The notes: a model not told the origin generated them from the sequence alone. A DNA stretch of 64,000 nucleotides from a virus (IMGVR_UViG_3300043466_001354), one strand, 5' to 3'; positions 10,789 through 20,003 are shown, numbered from the stretch's first letter. Translations and numbers: made by a program.

Positions 10789-11918
10789 AGACTCTACGTC
10801 AAATAATATCAGAGGTCTCTCAGCCAAAAGCAGACGACGAAAAAGATTTCAAAGATAAGCATATCGTAACAAAGGTTCAGCATCCTGTAGCTACAGATCA
10901 TACTTTCACTGGAAAGCTCGGAAAGGCTCCTAAGCGTCGTGCGGATTATAACAAGGGCGAGGACGAAGCTGTCTATGAAAATAGCTTTAAATCGCCAACT
11001 GCAGCTGGCGGAGAATACGACTCAGAAGATAGTCACCAGAAGTATAAAAAAAGTAACAAGTCTTCTAAGACAATGAAAGAAGCAAAGAAGATGGACCCGG
11101 TCGGCAAGGAAGATGACGACATTGATAACGACGGCGACACGGACAAGTCTGATAAGTACCTTCACGCTCGTCGTAAAGCGATTGGTAAGGCCATGTCTGA
11201 AAGAGTAAGAGAACCATACGCGATTGGTATGGCTGCTGCTATGAAGGCAACCGGAGATAAGCCACCTCTAAAGAAAAGCACAATCACTAAGGCTCATAAG
11301 ATTGCAAAGTCAATCGCAAAGAATGAGCAAGCCGACCTAGTTGCCGAAGACGCGATGGAAGAAATTCCAATGATGATGAATCAGCTATATTACATCGCAT
11401 ACGGTGCTGAAGAAATCATGGGATATCTCGAGGGTATGGATTTTGATCCAGAAGAGTGGTTCCAAAATAAACTTTCTGCCGTACATAAAGAAATGATGAG
11501 CCTACACGCTTACATGGAAGGTGACAGACGTATGATGTCAGCCATGGATTACGAAGATATGTATGGCGAAGAAACAAACCTCGGTGAAGTAACTCGTTCT
11601 GCAATAAAGAAAACAGTATCCTATACAGGTGCAGACGGAAAGTCTCATACTCGAAATGTTCCTATTCGTAAAGTGGAACGCGACGACGATGGTGAAGAAA
11701 AGATCCGTGAATCTGCAGAACTAACTGAAGTTTTTAGCCAGGGTATTGTTAAGCTCAAGGACGGTGGTTCAGTTATTCTTAAGAAAGAAGACGCCGATCT
11801 TCTAAACCAGATGCTTAAAGATCTTTCTTCTGCAAATCGTAAAAAGATGGAAGAAGTAGCACTCAAAGATAAAGTTGGCTTTAATGAGATCCTAGGATTT
11901 GCGAGGGAAGCACTATGA
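10785..11918 (+). CDS. Hypothetical charged protein (prohead core or internal protein candidate)
   Basis: Highly charged K/E/D-rich 377-aa ORF between portal and protease, where T4 places gp67/gp68 and internal proteins. Confidence 0.4.
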   Translation: MKTLRQIISEVSQPKADDEKDFKDKHIVTKVQHPVATDHTFTGKLGKAPKRRADYNKGEDEAVYENSFKSPTAAGGEYDSEDSHQKYKKSNKSSKTMKEAKKMDPVGKEDDDIDNDGDTDKSDKYLHARRKAIGKAMSERVREPYAIGMAAAMKATGDKPPLKKSTITKAHKIAKSIAKNEQADLVAEDAMEEIPMMMNQLYYIAYGAEEIMGYLEGMDFDPEEWFQNKLSAVHKEMMSLHAYMEGDRRMMSAMDYEDMYGEETNLGEVTRSAIKKTVSYTGADGKSHTRNVPIRKVERDDDGEEKIRESAELTEVFSQGIVKLKDGGSVILKKEDADLLNQMLKDLSSANRKKMEEVALKDKVGFNEILGFAREAL

Positions 11919-12157
11919 TGATAATCAAACCTACTGATGTAGAAATTTCATTCACGACTGCAAACACAGTATACGATGCAAAACTCGTTCGTATCTATGC
12001 CGCAGCAAATTCTGTAGTTACTATTGTAACTGAAGCACACGCAAATACTACGTTTACGATGCATCAGGGAACTGTTGAAATTGTGGAAAAGCTGCCAACC
12101 GAAACAATCGCTGGCACCACTACTCTTCGTTGCACTCCAGTTTCATATAAGTACTAA
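11915..12157 (+). CDS. Hypothetical small protein in the head module
   Basis: 80-aa ORF overlapping the previous stop; no motif. Confidence 0.3.
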   Translation: MMIIKPTDVEISFTTANTVYDAKLVRIYAAANSVVTIVTEAHANTTFTMHQGTVEIVEKLPTETIAGTTTLRCTPVSYKY

Positions 12158-12160
12158 AAG

Positions 12161-12168
12161 TATAAATA
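12161..12168 (+). promoter_or_regulatory. Late promoter TATAAATA upstream of gp21
   Basis: Exact box, then AAGAACAAAGGAG RBS and the ATG at 12189. Confidence 0.6.
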
Positions 12169-12188
12169 AAGAACAAAGGAGAAATCAT

Positions 12189-12863
12189 ATGAAACTGATC
12201 ACGGAAACAATTGAAGAAGTTAGAGTTCTAACTGAAACAAGCGAACACGAGCCAAAGCAGTATTTCATCGAAGGTATCTTCATGCAAGGAGATATCAAGA
12301 ACCGTAATGGAAGAATATATCCATCGACGATTCTAGAAAAAGAAATGATGAGATACGGCGAGCAGTTCATTAAGACTAAAAGAGCTCTTGGAGAACTTGG
12401 GCACCCAGATGGTCCTCAGATCAACGGTGATCGCGTATCTCACCTTATTACTGAGATGAAGCGCGACGGTTCAAACTTCGTTGGTAAGGCAAAGATCCTA
12501 GGTACTCCAATGGGTAACATTGTAAAGACGTTCATTGACGAGGGTGTCAAGGTTGGTGTTTCTACTCGCGGCCTTGGATCTGTAAAGGCAACGAAAGAAG
12601 GCATCATGGAAGTTCAAAACGACTTTCATCTTGCGACTGTCGATATCGTCACAGATCCATCGGGTCCAAACTGCTTTGTGAACGGTATTATGGAAAACAC
12701 GGACTACTATTACGATATAGTATCTGGAACTTGGAGAGCTCAGCAGATGATTGAGCAGGCCGTTCAAGAAGTGAAAAAAGAGTATAAGAGAACTGTAAGA
12801 AAGGTAGACGAAGCATATGCTGCGCGTCTATTCGAAAACTTCATTCGTTCTCTGAAGAACTAA
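12189..12863 (+). CDS. 21: Prohead core protease gp21
   Basis: IEGIFMQ...NRN.R.YP..ILEK and ALGEL.HP, STRGLGS shared with T4 gp21; start chosen after the AAGGAG RBS. Confidence 0.85.
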   Translation: MKLITETIEEVRVLTETSEHEPKQYFIEGIFMQGDIKNRNGRIYPSTILEKEMMRYGEQFIKTKRALGELGHPDGPQINGDRVSHLITEMKRDGSNFVGKAKILGTPMGNIVKTFIDEGVKVGVSTRGLGSVKATKEGIMEVQNDFHLATVDIVTDPSGPNCFVNGIMENTDYYYDIVSGTWRAQQMIEQAVQEVKKEYKRTVRKVDEAYAARLFENFIRSLKN

Positions 12864-12867
12864 GTTT

Positions 12868-12875
12868 TATAAATA
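12868..12875 (+). promoter_or_regulatory. Late promoter TATAAATA upstream of gp22
   Basis: Exact box; it overlaps the first in-frame ATG of the track ORF, so translation more likely starts at 12914. Confidence 0.55.
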
Positions 12876-12913
12876 TGGATATGAAACACGAATCCAATAA
12901 AAGGAGAGTAAAT

Positions 12914-13861
12914 ATGTCAGGGTTAGACGAACAAAATTTTGTAAGTGACGACGGAATATCTACCGTTCCTGGTCCAGTCACACCAGTAGGTGGAGAGATC
13001 AAGAAGCGTAAGGCAGATGTAAGCAAAGTCGTTGACGCAAAGGCAGGAACAGTGGCAAAGCCACCAATGTCCGAAGCTGAAGAAGCTTCAGACGAAGAAG
13101 TAATCGAAGAAGAGGTAATCTCTGTCGAAGAATCGATTAAGAACATGTTCGAAGGAATGGATCTTTCAGAAGAGTTCAGATCAAAGGTAACACTTGTATT
13201 TGAAGCAGCTGTAAACGAAGCTGTTACTCTTCGTCTAGAAGAAGCTACCGCTTCTCTTGAAGAGCAGTTCGAAAATGATCTTAATGAGTCGCTCAATGAA
13301 GCGATGGCAGAAGTTGTAGAGAACCTCGATTCATATCTTGACTACGTAGTCGAAGAGTGGATGACTGAGAATAAAGTTGCTATTGAAGCTGGTATCAAAG
13401 TAGAAATGGCAGAGTCCCTAATGGATGGACTTAGAGAACTATTCACTGAGCACAACATTGAAATCGATGATGAGACAATCGATGTTGTAGCAAGTCTAGA
13501 AGAAGATAACGCTTCTATCACAGAACAAGCTAACGAAATAATCAACGAAAACATCGAACTTAAGAAAGAGGTTGCTGCACTAAAAGCTGAAATCGCTTTC
13601 GAAGAAGTTTCAGAAGGTCTTACCGTTTCTCAAAAAGAGAGACTTAAGGTTCTTTCAGAAAAGCTCGATGTAGATGAAATCGATGGTTATAAGTCAGATC
13701 TTGCAACTCTTAAGGAGTCATTCTTTAAGACTAAAAAAGCTCAGGTGATTAACGAAGAAGCAGAAGAAGTTGTTCAGGAAGACACCGCCAAAAAGCCAGT
13801 ATCTTCTTACTCAACCGTTAATGCTATCGTTGAAGCTCTAAATAACAAAACTATTAAGTGA
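12914..13861 (+). CDS. 22: Prohead scaffold protein gp22-like
   Basis: Very acidic, coiled-coil-like (EEASDEEVIEEE...) protein between protease and major capsid; AAGGAGAG RBS. Confidence 0.65.
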   Translation: MSGLDEQNFVSDDGISTVPGPVTPVGGEIKKRKADVSKVVDAKAGTVAKPPMSEAEEASDEEVIEEEVISVEESIKNMFEGMDLSEEFRSKVTLVFEAAVNEAVTLRLEEATASLEEQFENDLNESLNEAMAEVVENLDSYLDYVVEEWMTENKVAIEAGIKVEMAESLMDGLRELFTEHNIEIDDETIDVVASLEEDNASITEQANEIINENIELKKEVAALKAEIAFEEVSEGLTVSQKERLKVLSEKLDVDEIDGYKSDLATLKESFFKTKKAQVINEEAEEVVQEDTAKKPVSSYSTVNAIVEALNNKTIK

Positions 13862-13873
13862 AAACAACAAAAT

Positions 13874-13881
13874 TATAAATA
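13874..13881 (+). promoter_or_regulatory. Late promoter TATAAATA upstream of gp23
   Basis: Exact box about 37 nt before the ATG; AAAGGAGAG RBS. Confidence 0.6.
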
Positions 13882-13917
13882 CAACCAGACAATAACAACA
13901 GCCAAAGGAGAGACAAA

Positions 13918-15228
13918 ATGAGTCAATCTAATAAAACTTTAGTCGAAAAGTGGGGTCCTCTTCTTGAGCACTCTTCCTTCTCGCCAATCACAGACAACCA
14001 CAGAAAAGCAGTAACTGCTACTCTTCTAGAGAACACAGAGAAAGCACTTCTTGAGACCAGCGACGCGTCAATCAACATGACTTCGCTTCTTCAGGAAACA
14101 CCAACCAACTTCGCTGGAACCGGCGGTTTTGGTGCTGGTGCTAGCACACCACAAGCTGGTTACGATCCAATCCTTATCAGCCTAGTTCGTCGTGCTATGC
14201 CAAACCTAATGGCATACGACATCGCTGGTGTTCAGCCAATGACTGGCCCAACTGGTCTTATCTTCGCAATGCGTTCTAACTACAACGCAATGTCAGGTAA
14301 CACCGCAGTTGAAGCATTCTACAACGAAGCTGACACTGACTTCTCCGGTACTGGCTCTATGACTGGCGTTACTGGTTCTGCTGCAACAGCACCAACCGGT
14401 ACTGGTCTAACAACCGCTGCTGCTGAAGCGCTTGGCGACGGAAACGGAACAAACTTCGCAGAGATGGCTCTTGCTATCGAAAAAGTTACTGTGTCTGCAA
14501 AGAGCCGCGCTCTTAAAGCAGAATATACCAGTGAACTTGCACAGGATCTCCGCGCTGTTCACGGTCTTGACGCTGAAACAGAACTTGCAAACATTCTACA
14601 GTCTGAAATCCTTGCAGAAATCAACCGTGAAGTTGTTCGTACTGTTTACACCTCAGCCGTAACCGGTGGTGCAAACACTGCTGTAACTGGTATCTTCGAT
14701 CTTGACGTTGACTCAAACGGCCGTTGGTCAGTTGAGAAGTTCAAGGGTCTTATGTTCCAGATCGAACTCGAAGCCAACGCGATTGCAAAAGCAACTCGTA
14801 GAGGCAAGGGTAACATCGTTATCTGTTCTTCTGACGTAGCTTCTGCTCTTCAGATGGCAGGTGTTCTCGATTACACCCCAGCTCTTAACAGCAACGCTCT
14901 AAACGTTGACGACACCGGAAACACCTTCGCTGGTGTTCTAAACGGTCGTTACAGAGTTTACATCGACCCATACGCTGGTGCAAACTACCTCGTAGTTGGC
15001 TATAAGGGATCCTCCGCATTCGACGCAGGTCTCTTCTACTGCCCATACGTTCCACTACAGATGTACCGCGCAGTTGGTGAAAACAGCTTCCAGCCAAAGA
15101 TCGGCTTCAAAACCCGTTACGGTATGGTTGCTAACCCATTCGCTTTCGGCCCAACCCGTAGCGAAGGTGCTCTTACCGCTAACAGCAACGTCTACTACCG
15201 TAGAGTTCGCGTTTCGAACCTATTCTAA
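13918..15228 (+). CDS. 23: Major capsid protein gp23
   Basis: 436-aa A/G/T-rich protein at the gp23 position with its own late promoter and a strong terminator downstream. Confidence 0.8.
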   Translation: MSQSNKTLVEKWGPLLEHSSFSPITDNHRKAVTATLLENTEKALLETSDASINMTSLLQETPTNFAGTGGFGAGASTPQAGYDPILISLVRRAMPNLMAYDIAGVQPMTGPTGLIFAMRSNYNAMSGNTAVEAFYNEADTDFSGTGSMTGVTGSAATAPTGTGLTTAAAEALGDGNGTNFAEMALAIEKVTVSAKSRALKAEYTSELAQDLRAVHGLDAETELANILQSEILAEINREVVRTVYTSAVTGGANTAVTGIFDLDVDSNGRWSVEKFKGLMFQIELEANAIAKATRRGKGNIVICSSDVASALQMAGVLDYTPALNSNALNVDDTGNTFAGVLNGRYRVYIDPYAGANYLVVGYKGSSAFDAGLFYCPYVPLQMYRAVGENSFQPKIGFKTRYGMVANPFAFGPTRSEGALTANSNVYYRRVRVSNLF

Positions 15229-15232
15229 TAAT

Positions 15233-15262
15233 AAAAGAGGCCGGAAACAACCGGCCCCTTCT
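15233..15262. terminator. Hairpin GAGGCCGG-AAACAA-CCGGCCCC; with its TTTTATTATT tail it terminates the minus-strand unit, and it is the first of two hairpins downstream of gp23
   Basis: GC stem flanked by A-run and T-run between the convergent gp23 and methyltransferase genes. Confidence 0.7.
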
Positions 15263-15268
15263 AATAAC

Positions 15269-15300
15269 TCGGCGGGTCTTCGGATCCGCCTTTTATTTAA
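15269..15300. terminator. Hairpin GGCGGGTC-TTCG-GATCCGCC followed by TTTTATTT (plus-strand terminator)
   Basis: Stem-loop with a U-tract; it overlaps the stop codon of the minus-strand methyltransferase gene. Confidence 0.65.
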
Positions 15301-15928
15301 TAGACGTCCGCTTAAAGATGATAGCGCCGTCAATCCATCGTTGTTCTTCGAACCCAATCTCTTTAAGAGCATCAGGAACGAGAGAAACATCTCCCCAGTT
15401 AATATCGTCCGCAATACAGTAACCACCAAGTTTTACTTGGCGCGCATACTTATTTACATCACGAATTGCTTGGATTGTATGCTGACCATCAATATAAAGA
15501 AAATCAATATCGAAGATAACAGGCGCATCGTCGCTTGGCTTTCGAATGATCTCTACGTACTTTCCACAGTCGTTTTCTTCCAAGACTGTAGTAAAGACAT
15601 TATAGATCCAAGGCATGTTGACGTTGGTCCAAAACTTGTAGTTGTCGCCGTCATAGCCCTTGGTTGCCTCTACGTTATCCCATGGATCAATCGCATAGAA
15701 CTTGCCAGAGTTCATTCTCTTAAGTTCTAGAACTGCAGGAATGACACTCTTTCCACCATAGACGCCAATCTCTACGCATACCGGATCTTTCACGTGAGTA
15801 AAGATATCATCAATACAGTCAATAATACACCCAGCTTTGTTTAGAGAACACCAGCCCCACTCGCCAAAACGATTATCGAAGTCAGGATATATCTTTTCAA
15901 TAAGGCGTTTACTTTCTTCCTTACTCAT
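15293..15928 (-). CDS. Class I SAM-dependent methyltransferase-like
   Basis: VEIGVYGGKS glycine-rich motif resembling SAM-binding motif I, followed by an acidic loop; TylF/CmcI-like architecture. Confidence 0.5.
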   Translation of the reverse strand: MSKEESKRLIEKIYPDFDNRFGEWGWCSLNKAGCIIDCIDDIFTHVKDPVCVEIGVYGGKSVIPAVLELKRMNSGKFYAIDPWDNVEATKGYDGDNYKFWTNVNMPWIYNVFTTVLEENDCGKYVEIIRKPSDDAPVIFDIDFLYIDGQHTIQAIRDVNKYARQVKLGGYCIADDINWGDVSLVPDALKEIGFEEQRWIDGAIIFKRTSIK

Positions 15929-16173
15929 TAGATCATACCCAATGCAGCTTTGTACATCTCAAGAACTGCTTCTTCTTCGGCGATTGCATCTGCTTTACGT
16001 TTACGAATGGCGATGATCTTCTTCATGACTTTCGTGTCGTATCCACGACCCTTAGCTTCTGCCATCAATTCCTTTTGAGAATTTGTGACGTCTTTCTTTT
16101 CTGACTCAAGCTGTTCGTAGCGTTCGATGAACTGACGAAGTTCATCGGCGGTTACGTTATATGCATCGTTCAT
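15928..16173 (-). CDS. gapR: GapR-like DNA-binding protein (DUF2312)
   Basis: LRQFIERYEQLESEKKD...AEAKGRGYDTKVMKKIIAIRKRK...LEMYKAALG aligns along its length with Caulobacter GapR. Confidence 0.7.
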   Translation of the reverse strand: MNDAYNVTADELRQFIERYEQLESEKKDVTNSQKELMAEAKGRGYDTKVMKKIIAIRKRKADAIAEEEAVLEMYKAALGMI

Positions 16174-16355
16174 ATCTCTTCTCCTTTTGTTAATTCATTC
16201 AATCGAATGGTTGCAGTAACTGCGGCATCCAATTCTTCTCTTGTTTGGGACAGTGATACACAATCCCAAAGTTGTTCAAAGGAAACTCCACTGAAAAACG
16301 CATTTCCAATCGAGCTTCCAATATAGTCATAGTCTGAGATCTTAAAGTCAGACAT
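16170..16355 (-). CDS. Hypothetical protein
   Basis: 61-aa ORF coupled to its neighbours; no motif. Confidence 0.3.
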   Translation of the reverse strand: MSDFKISDYDYIGSSIGNAFFSGVSFEQLWDCVSLSQTREELDAAVTATIRLNELTKGEEI

Positions 16356-16767
16356 TCTTTACCTGTAGAACTCCCTCTTTTACGATAAGTGTTGCATATC
16401 GAGATTCATCAACCAAGCTAACTCTTGTATAGGATCGACCGCCGTCAATGAAAACAGAACCATCGGATGAGGATCGATAGTCGTGTCGAAACCTACTATA
16501 TACAATCTCGCCGTCATCAGCGATCACGGCAGAGATCTCTTGATCTTCAACGAATCCGCCGTTAGTAATATAGAGTTGATTATCTAGACTGCTAAAGTAT
16601 AGGCCAAAGTATCGTCCGCCAGCAACATGCGCATCCTCTGAGTAGAATATCTCGATAGTCTTATCGTCTCTTTCGGTTGCGCATACATATCTTGCTCGCT
16701 TCAGATCTTCGATCTTTGCGATCTGTTCTCGGTTAAATAGAACCGGTTCGTTAAGGATCTTATTCAT
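16348..16767 (-). CDS. Hypothetical protein
   Basis: 139-aa ORF with coding-like composition. Confidence 0.4.
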   Translation of the reverse strand: MNKILNEPVLFNREQIAKIEDLKRARYVCATERDDKTIEIFYSEDAHVAGGRYFGLYFSSLDNQLYITNGGFVEDQEISAVIADDGEIVYSRFRHDYRSSSDGSVFIDGGRSYTRVSLVDESRYATLIVKEGVLQVKNV

Positions 16768-16797
16768 AGTACTCTTTCTAAAGTAAAGAGAGGCTGC

Positions 16798-17754
16798 TCA
16801 CGCAGCCTCTGCCATTTCTACTGCCAGGTTTAGAGCGTCAACCTTGCGCTTTGCGTTGGCACCGAACCAAGCCGACGAAAGACGAGTGTCGTTCGAACGG
16901 CCGAGTTCATGGTCAGTCAGGTAGGTAACTGCGTTGAACATCTGCCAGAACGAACCCTTCTTGAACTCTGCGCCGGGCTGAGTCTCGACGACTTCGAGGG
17001 CACGTTCAGCGGTCGGCGACAGAAGCTTACCTTCCTTCGTCGACTCACCGAAGATCTTACCGAAGTACTTTTCCAGATCTTTCTGACCGTACTGCTTCGA
17101 ACCAAGCAGTTCAGCAGCCGATTTGAAGGTTTCGACCTTACGGTGCGAGATGCCGAGCAGTTCTTTCACGCGCTCAGCGTCGAAGACCGAACGGTGGTTG
17201 ACACGAACAGCAGCCTGACCGCTCTCAGCCAGAGCAACAGTCAGAGTGTTGTTGCAGACAACGCGCTCAAGTACGAAACGAACGTCGATCGACTTACCGT
17301 ACTGGTGCGGGTTGGAGAAGAGCAAGTAACCCTTCACTTCATCGCCACCGAACAGAGTGAAACCGTCACGAACATCTGCAAGAGCCCAGACGATACGACC
17401 GTCGCGGAGCGAACCAGCGGTGTCCATCACCATGTCGCCTTTGGAAACAAAGTCGGTGAAGAAGTTAAAGGCTTCTTCGTTCTGAACCGGATTCCAACCA
17501 GGACCGACCTGAGTCAGGATCTTACCGTCAGTTTCGCGAATGAGCGACTGCTGACCGGTCGGAATGCGCTTGCCGTTGAATTCGACGAAGGAGTCAACCT
17601 TCTGAACATTCCAATCAAGGCCAGCGGCCTTCATCATTTCGGCAGGAGTCATATCGTCGCCAACCGGAGTACCAAGGCCATGCCAAGGTTTGCCTTTCGA
17701 CGAGCGGTAAGCCATCTGGGCAACGCCGTCGATCATTTCAATCATGTGAGCCAT
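16798..17754 (-). CDS. DUF932-family phage/plasmid-like protein
   Basis: 318-aa protein with the conserved layout of the TIGR03299/DUF932 family; first gene after an early-promoter cassette. Confidence 0.5.
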   Translation of the reverse strand: MAHMIEMIDGVAQMAYRSSKGKPWHGLGTPVGDDMTPAEMMKAAGLDWNVQKVDSFVEFNGKRIPTGQQSLIRETDGKILTQVGPGWNPVQNEEAFNFFTDFVSKGDMVMDTAGSLRDGRIVWALADVRDGFTLFGGDEVKGYLLFSNPHQYGKSIDVRFVLERVVCNNTLTVALAESGQAAVRVNHRSVFDAERVKELLGISHRKVETFKSAAELLGSKQYGQKDLEKYFGKIFGESTKEGKLLSPTAERALEVVETQPGAEFKKGSFWQMFNAVTYLTDHELGRSNDTRLSSAWFGANAKRKVDALNLAVEMAEAA

Positions 17755-17790
17755 TCTGTAGACCTTTCAGTTTGTGTTCCTTACATTATT

Positions 17791-17819
17791 AGAATACACT
17801 GATTCTAAACGAATGTCAA
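17791..17819 (-). promoter_or_regulatory. Early sigma70-like promoter cassette (-35 TTGACA, 17-bp spacer, -10 TATTCT)
   Basis: Copy of the about 50-bp repeat tccttacattattagaatacactgattctaaacgaatgtcaacc, immediately upstream of 16798..17754. Confidence 0.6.
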
Positions 17820-17835
17820 CCATTAAATGAAAAAA

Positions 17836-18135
17836 TTAGTGCATAGTTGTAGAAGTCATAGGAATGAAATCAATCATCTTATGAGTATACTTTCCATAAC
17901 CATTCTTCACTAGGTATACGACACTAACGTATTCGTCTTTCGTGTCGACCGGAATTACTTTCCAGACTCCACGATCTCGTCCGAGAAAATCGTCGATGTA
18001 TAGATTCGCTTCATCCTCGGTATCAAATGCGATTGCCTTTGAGAGACCTATGACATCATTCTTAGCAAAGATTCCATACTTCTGGAACGCGCCCAGAAAG
18101 AAACCTAGATCTTCTTCTGCAATCGCGTATCTCAT
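17836..18135 (-). CDS. Hypothetical protein
   Basis: 99-aa ORF. Confidence 0.35.
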   Translation of the reverse strand: MRYAIAEEDLGFFLGAFQKYGIFAKNDVIGLSKAIAFDTEDEANLYIDDFLGRDRGVWKVIPVDTKDEYVSVVYLVKNGYGKYTHKMIDFIPMTSTTMH

Positions 18136-18692
18136 TAAGCTGCTACTTTAAACCACTCAGGGATATCACGTTTAGTCCACACCATTTTGAACCTTGCTTG
18201 TTTCGTCTGATAGAACTCTCGATAAGAACGAACAGGATCGTTAGGGAACATGCACTCAGGATTAGCTTTCATTGCGAGCGGCTGCTGAGTTAGATATCCG
18301 ATAGGAATGTTTCGTGGTAGTTCCTTCAGCTTTTCGCGAAGAAGTTTGTCAGTCGAATGAACCTTGCCATAACGATAGGTGTACTCGTCGCAGAGAGCAG
18401 CGAAGTGAACCCAGTGCCAAGTGTAGTTGTTATTCGACTGAGTAGTCCATACGGTACAAGGGTGCGCCATGTGAACTGCTTTGTATAGAATATGTTCGCG
18501 CTCATCAGGAAGAGTCCAATGCTTTGACATCGTCTTACCCGACTTCGATGGCGCACGTTTAAGAACACCATCAAGCATACGATGCGCAGTCGACAACATC
18601 TGTGCCGACTCCACGATCATTTTGACTACGTGCTTATCACACTGCAGTTGCGCTGCGACAACTGGGTCTTTATCCAAAATAAAAAGATTCAT
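18135..18692 (-). CDS. Hypothetical protein
   Basis: 185-aa ORF rich in W/H/C; no recognised motif. Confidence 0.4.
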   Translation of the reverse strand: MNLFILDKDPVVAAQLQCDKHVVKMIVESAQMLSTAHRMLDGVLKRAPSKSGKTMSKHWTLPDEREHILYKAVHMAHPCTVWTTQSNNNYTWHWVHFAALCDEYTYRYGKVHSTDKLLREKLKELPRNIPIGYLTQQPLAMKANPECMFPNDPVRSYREFYQTKQARFKMVWTKRDIPEWFKVAA

Positions 18693-18905
18693 GATGATTT
18701 ATCCAAAAAGATGCATTCCTGACAAGAACCAGGCAATGAGAATGAACCCCATCCGCCCAGTGAAATAATGCTTACGTATTTTCATTCTACGCTGAAAGTC
18801 ACTTACTGTAAACTGAAAAATGCTGTCCAATAGCGCAATGAAGATAAAAAAGATCCAACAACAAATGCGATCCATGCAACAATAGTCGTGAACATAGGAT
18901 TTCCT

Positions 18906-19109
18906 CTATAGTTTATACTTAATCTGATTTACACCTAGAATGCCAAGTTCTACGCTCTTTACGTGATTGCACTTTGCAAAGTGGCGCTTCTTGCAGTTAC
19001 AAGAAAAGCCATTCGCATGCATCTCTACTTGGCATCCACGAAACTTCCAGACATATCCAATGAACTGGTGTCCATTCGTATTGATTGACTTAGACTGAAA
19101 CAGCGTCAT
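18906..19109 (-). CDS. Hypothetical Cys/His-rich small protein
   Basis: C..C..........C.H pattern (CNCKKRHFAKCNH) suggests a zinc-binding fold. Confidence 0.3.
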   Translation of the reverse strand: MTLFQSKSINTNGHQFIGYVWKFRGCQVEMHANGFSCNCKKRHFAKCNHVKSVELGILGVNQIKYKL

Positions 19110-19306
19110 TCGAATTCACAGACGAGTTCTTCGTGATAGTAGCAGTCGTCTACATATTCAGGATCGTAATCCTTTTCATGAGCTTGCTGAGTATGATACT
19201 GATGGCGAGCAAAGTCAGCTTCGGCTTCAAGATGAGCTTTCAGCTCGGGGTCCATCGAAGAGCAAGCCGACATAGTCAAAGCAAAGAGAACGATTGCGTA
19301 TTTCAT
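19106..19306 (-). CDS. Putative small secreted protein or lipoprotein
   Basis: N-terminal hydrophobic signal ending in ..MSAC (lipobox-like); acidic mature part. Confidence 0.35.
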   Translation of the reverse strand: MKYAIVLFALTMSACSSMDPELKAHLEAEADFARHQYHTQQAHEKDYDPEYVDDCYYHEELVCEFE

Positions 19307-19320
19307 GATGTTTCTTTCGA

Positions 19321-19680
19321 TTAAGCTGCGAAGCGGATCTTAGTCATCATTTCGGTGCACTTATAGAGCTTACCGTCTGCAGCGTTACGATAGACGAACG
19401 GCATCTTCGGGGCGCGAGTGTTATAGTCAACGAGCTCGTCACCTGCTTTATTCTTCAGCTTGATGCCGAGAGCAGCTACACGAGACTCAAGGATCACATT
19501 GGTGAGAGTCTTTGCACCTTTGACCTTCGCTTTGACTTTAATCTCAACTTCGTTCGCGCTGAACTTCATATTGCCGACTTCAAACTCAAGGTTCGAGTCA
19601 ACGCCGTACTTATTCAGAAGAACGGCCATCTCGGCACGAAGAGCATTCAGATTGGTACGGTCAAACTTGGAGAATTTCAT
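19321..19680 (-). CDS. Hypothetical early protein
   Basis: 119-aa ORF directly downstream of a promoter cassette, with an AGGAGG RBS. Confidence 0.5.
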   Translation of the reverse strand: MKFSKFDRTNLNALRAEMAVLLNKYGVDSNLEFEVGNMKFSANEVEIKVKAKVKGAKTLTNVILESRVAALGIKLKNKAGDELVDYNTRAPKMPFVYRNAADGKLYKCTEMMTKIRFAA

Positions 19681-19709
19681 AGGAGGTTCCTTTCGTTCCT
19701 TACATTATT

Positions 19710-19738
19710 AGAATACACTGATTCTAAACGAATGTCAA
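19710..19738 (-). promoter_or_regulatory. Early promoter cassette copy (TTGACA-17-TATTCT)
   Basis: Near-identical repeat (19688-19739). Confidence 0.6.
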
Positions 19739-19745
19739 CTACTTT

Positions 19746-19976
19746 TTAGATTTCTCGGATTGCGTCGAGGATATGTTGATAGTCGATGTCACCTAGTACT
19801 TGAGAGACGAGTTCCTCGAGGCAGTCTTGACTGTTAGACGAGAACTGATAGAGAGGGTTACCGCCGGCAGGGCCGTATTCCATGATAAGAAGAGCGGTGC
19901 AGCCGTGTTCGGTTGCGAACTGATGAATGGATTCTTGCGAGGCTTCGGCGGAGATGTCGAGTTCGGCGACGTACAT
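19746..19976 (-). CDS. Hypothetical early protein
   Basis: 76-aa ORF directly downstream of a promoter cassette. Confidence 0.45.
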   Translation of the reverse strand: MYVAELDISAEASQESIHQFATEHGCTALLIMEYGPAGGNPLYQFSSNSQDCLEELVSQVLGDIDYQHILDAIREI

Positions 19977-20003
19977 GGTGTATCCTTTCGTTTGATATAG
20001 AAC

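Noticed and set aside
14996-15730. 244-aa plus-strand ORF spanning the terminators
   Set aside because: It starts inside gp23, reads through both convergent terminator hairpins and then runs antisense to the methyltransferase gene. It is an artefact of the open frame.
16909-17802. 297-aa plus-strand ORF
   Set aside because: It is entirely antisense to the well-supported DUF932 gene (16798..17754) in a region where all transcription signals point the other way. It has no RBS and a Ser/Arg/Leu-rich, low-complexity translation, so it is treated as a shadow ORF.
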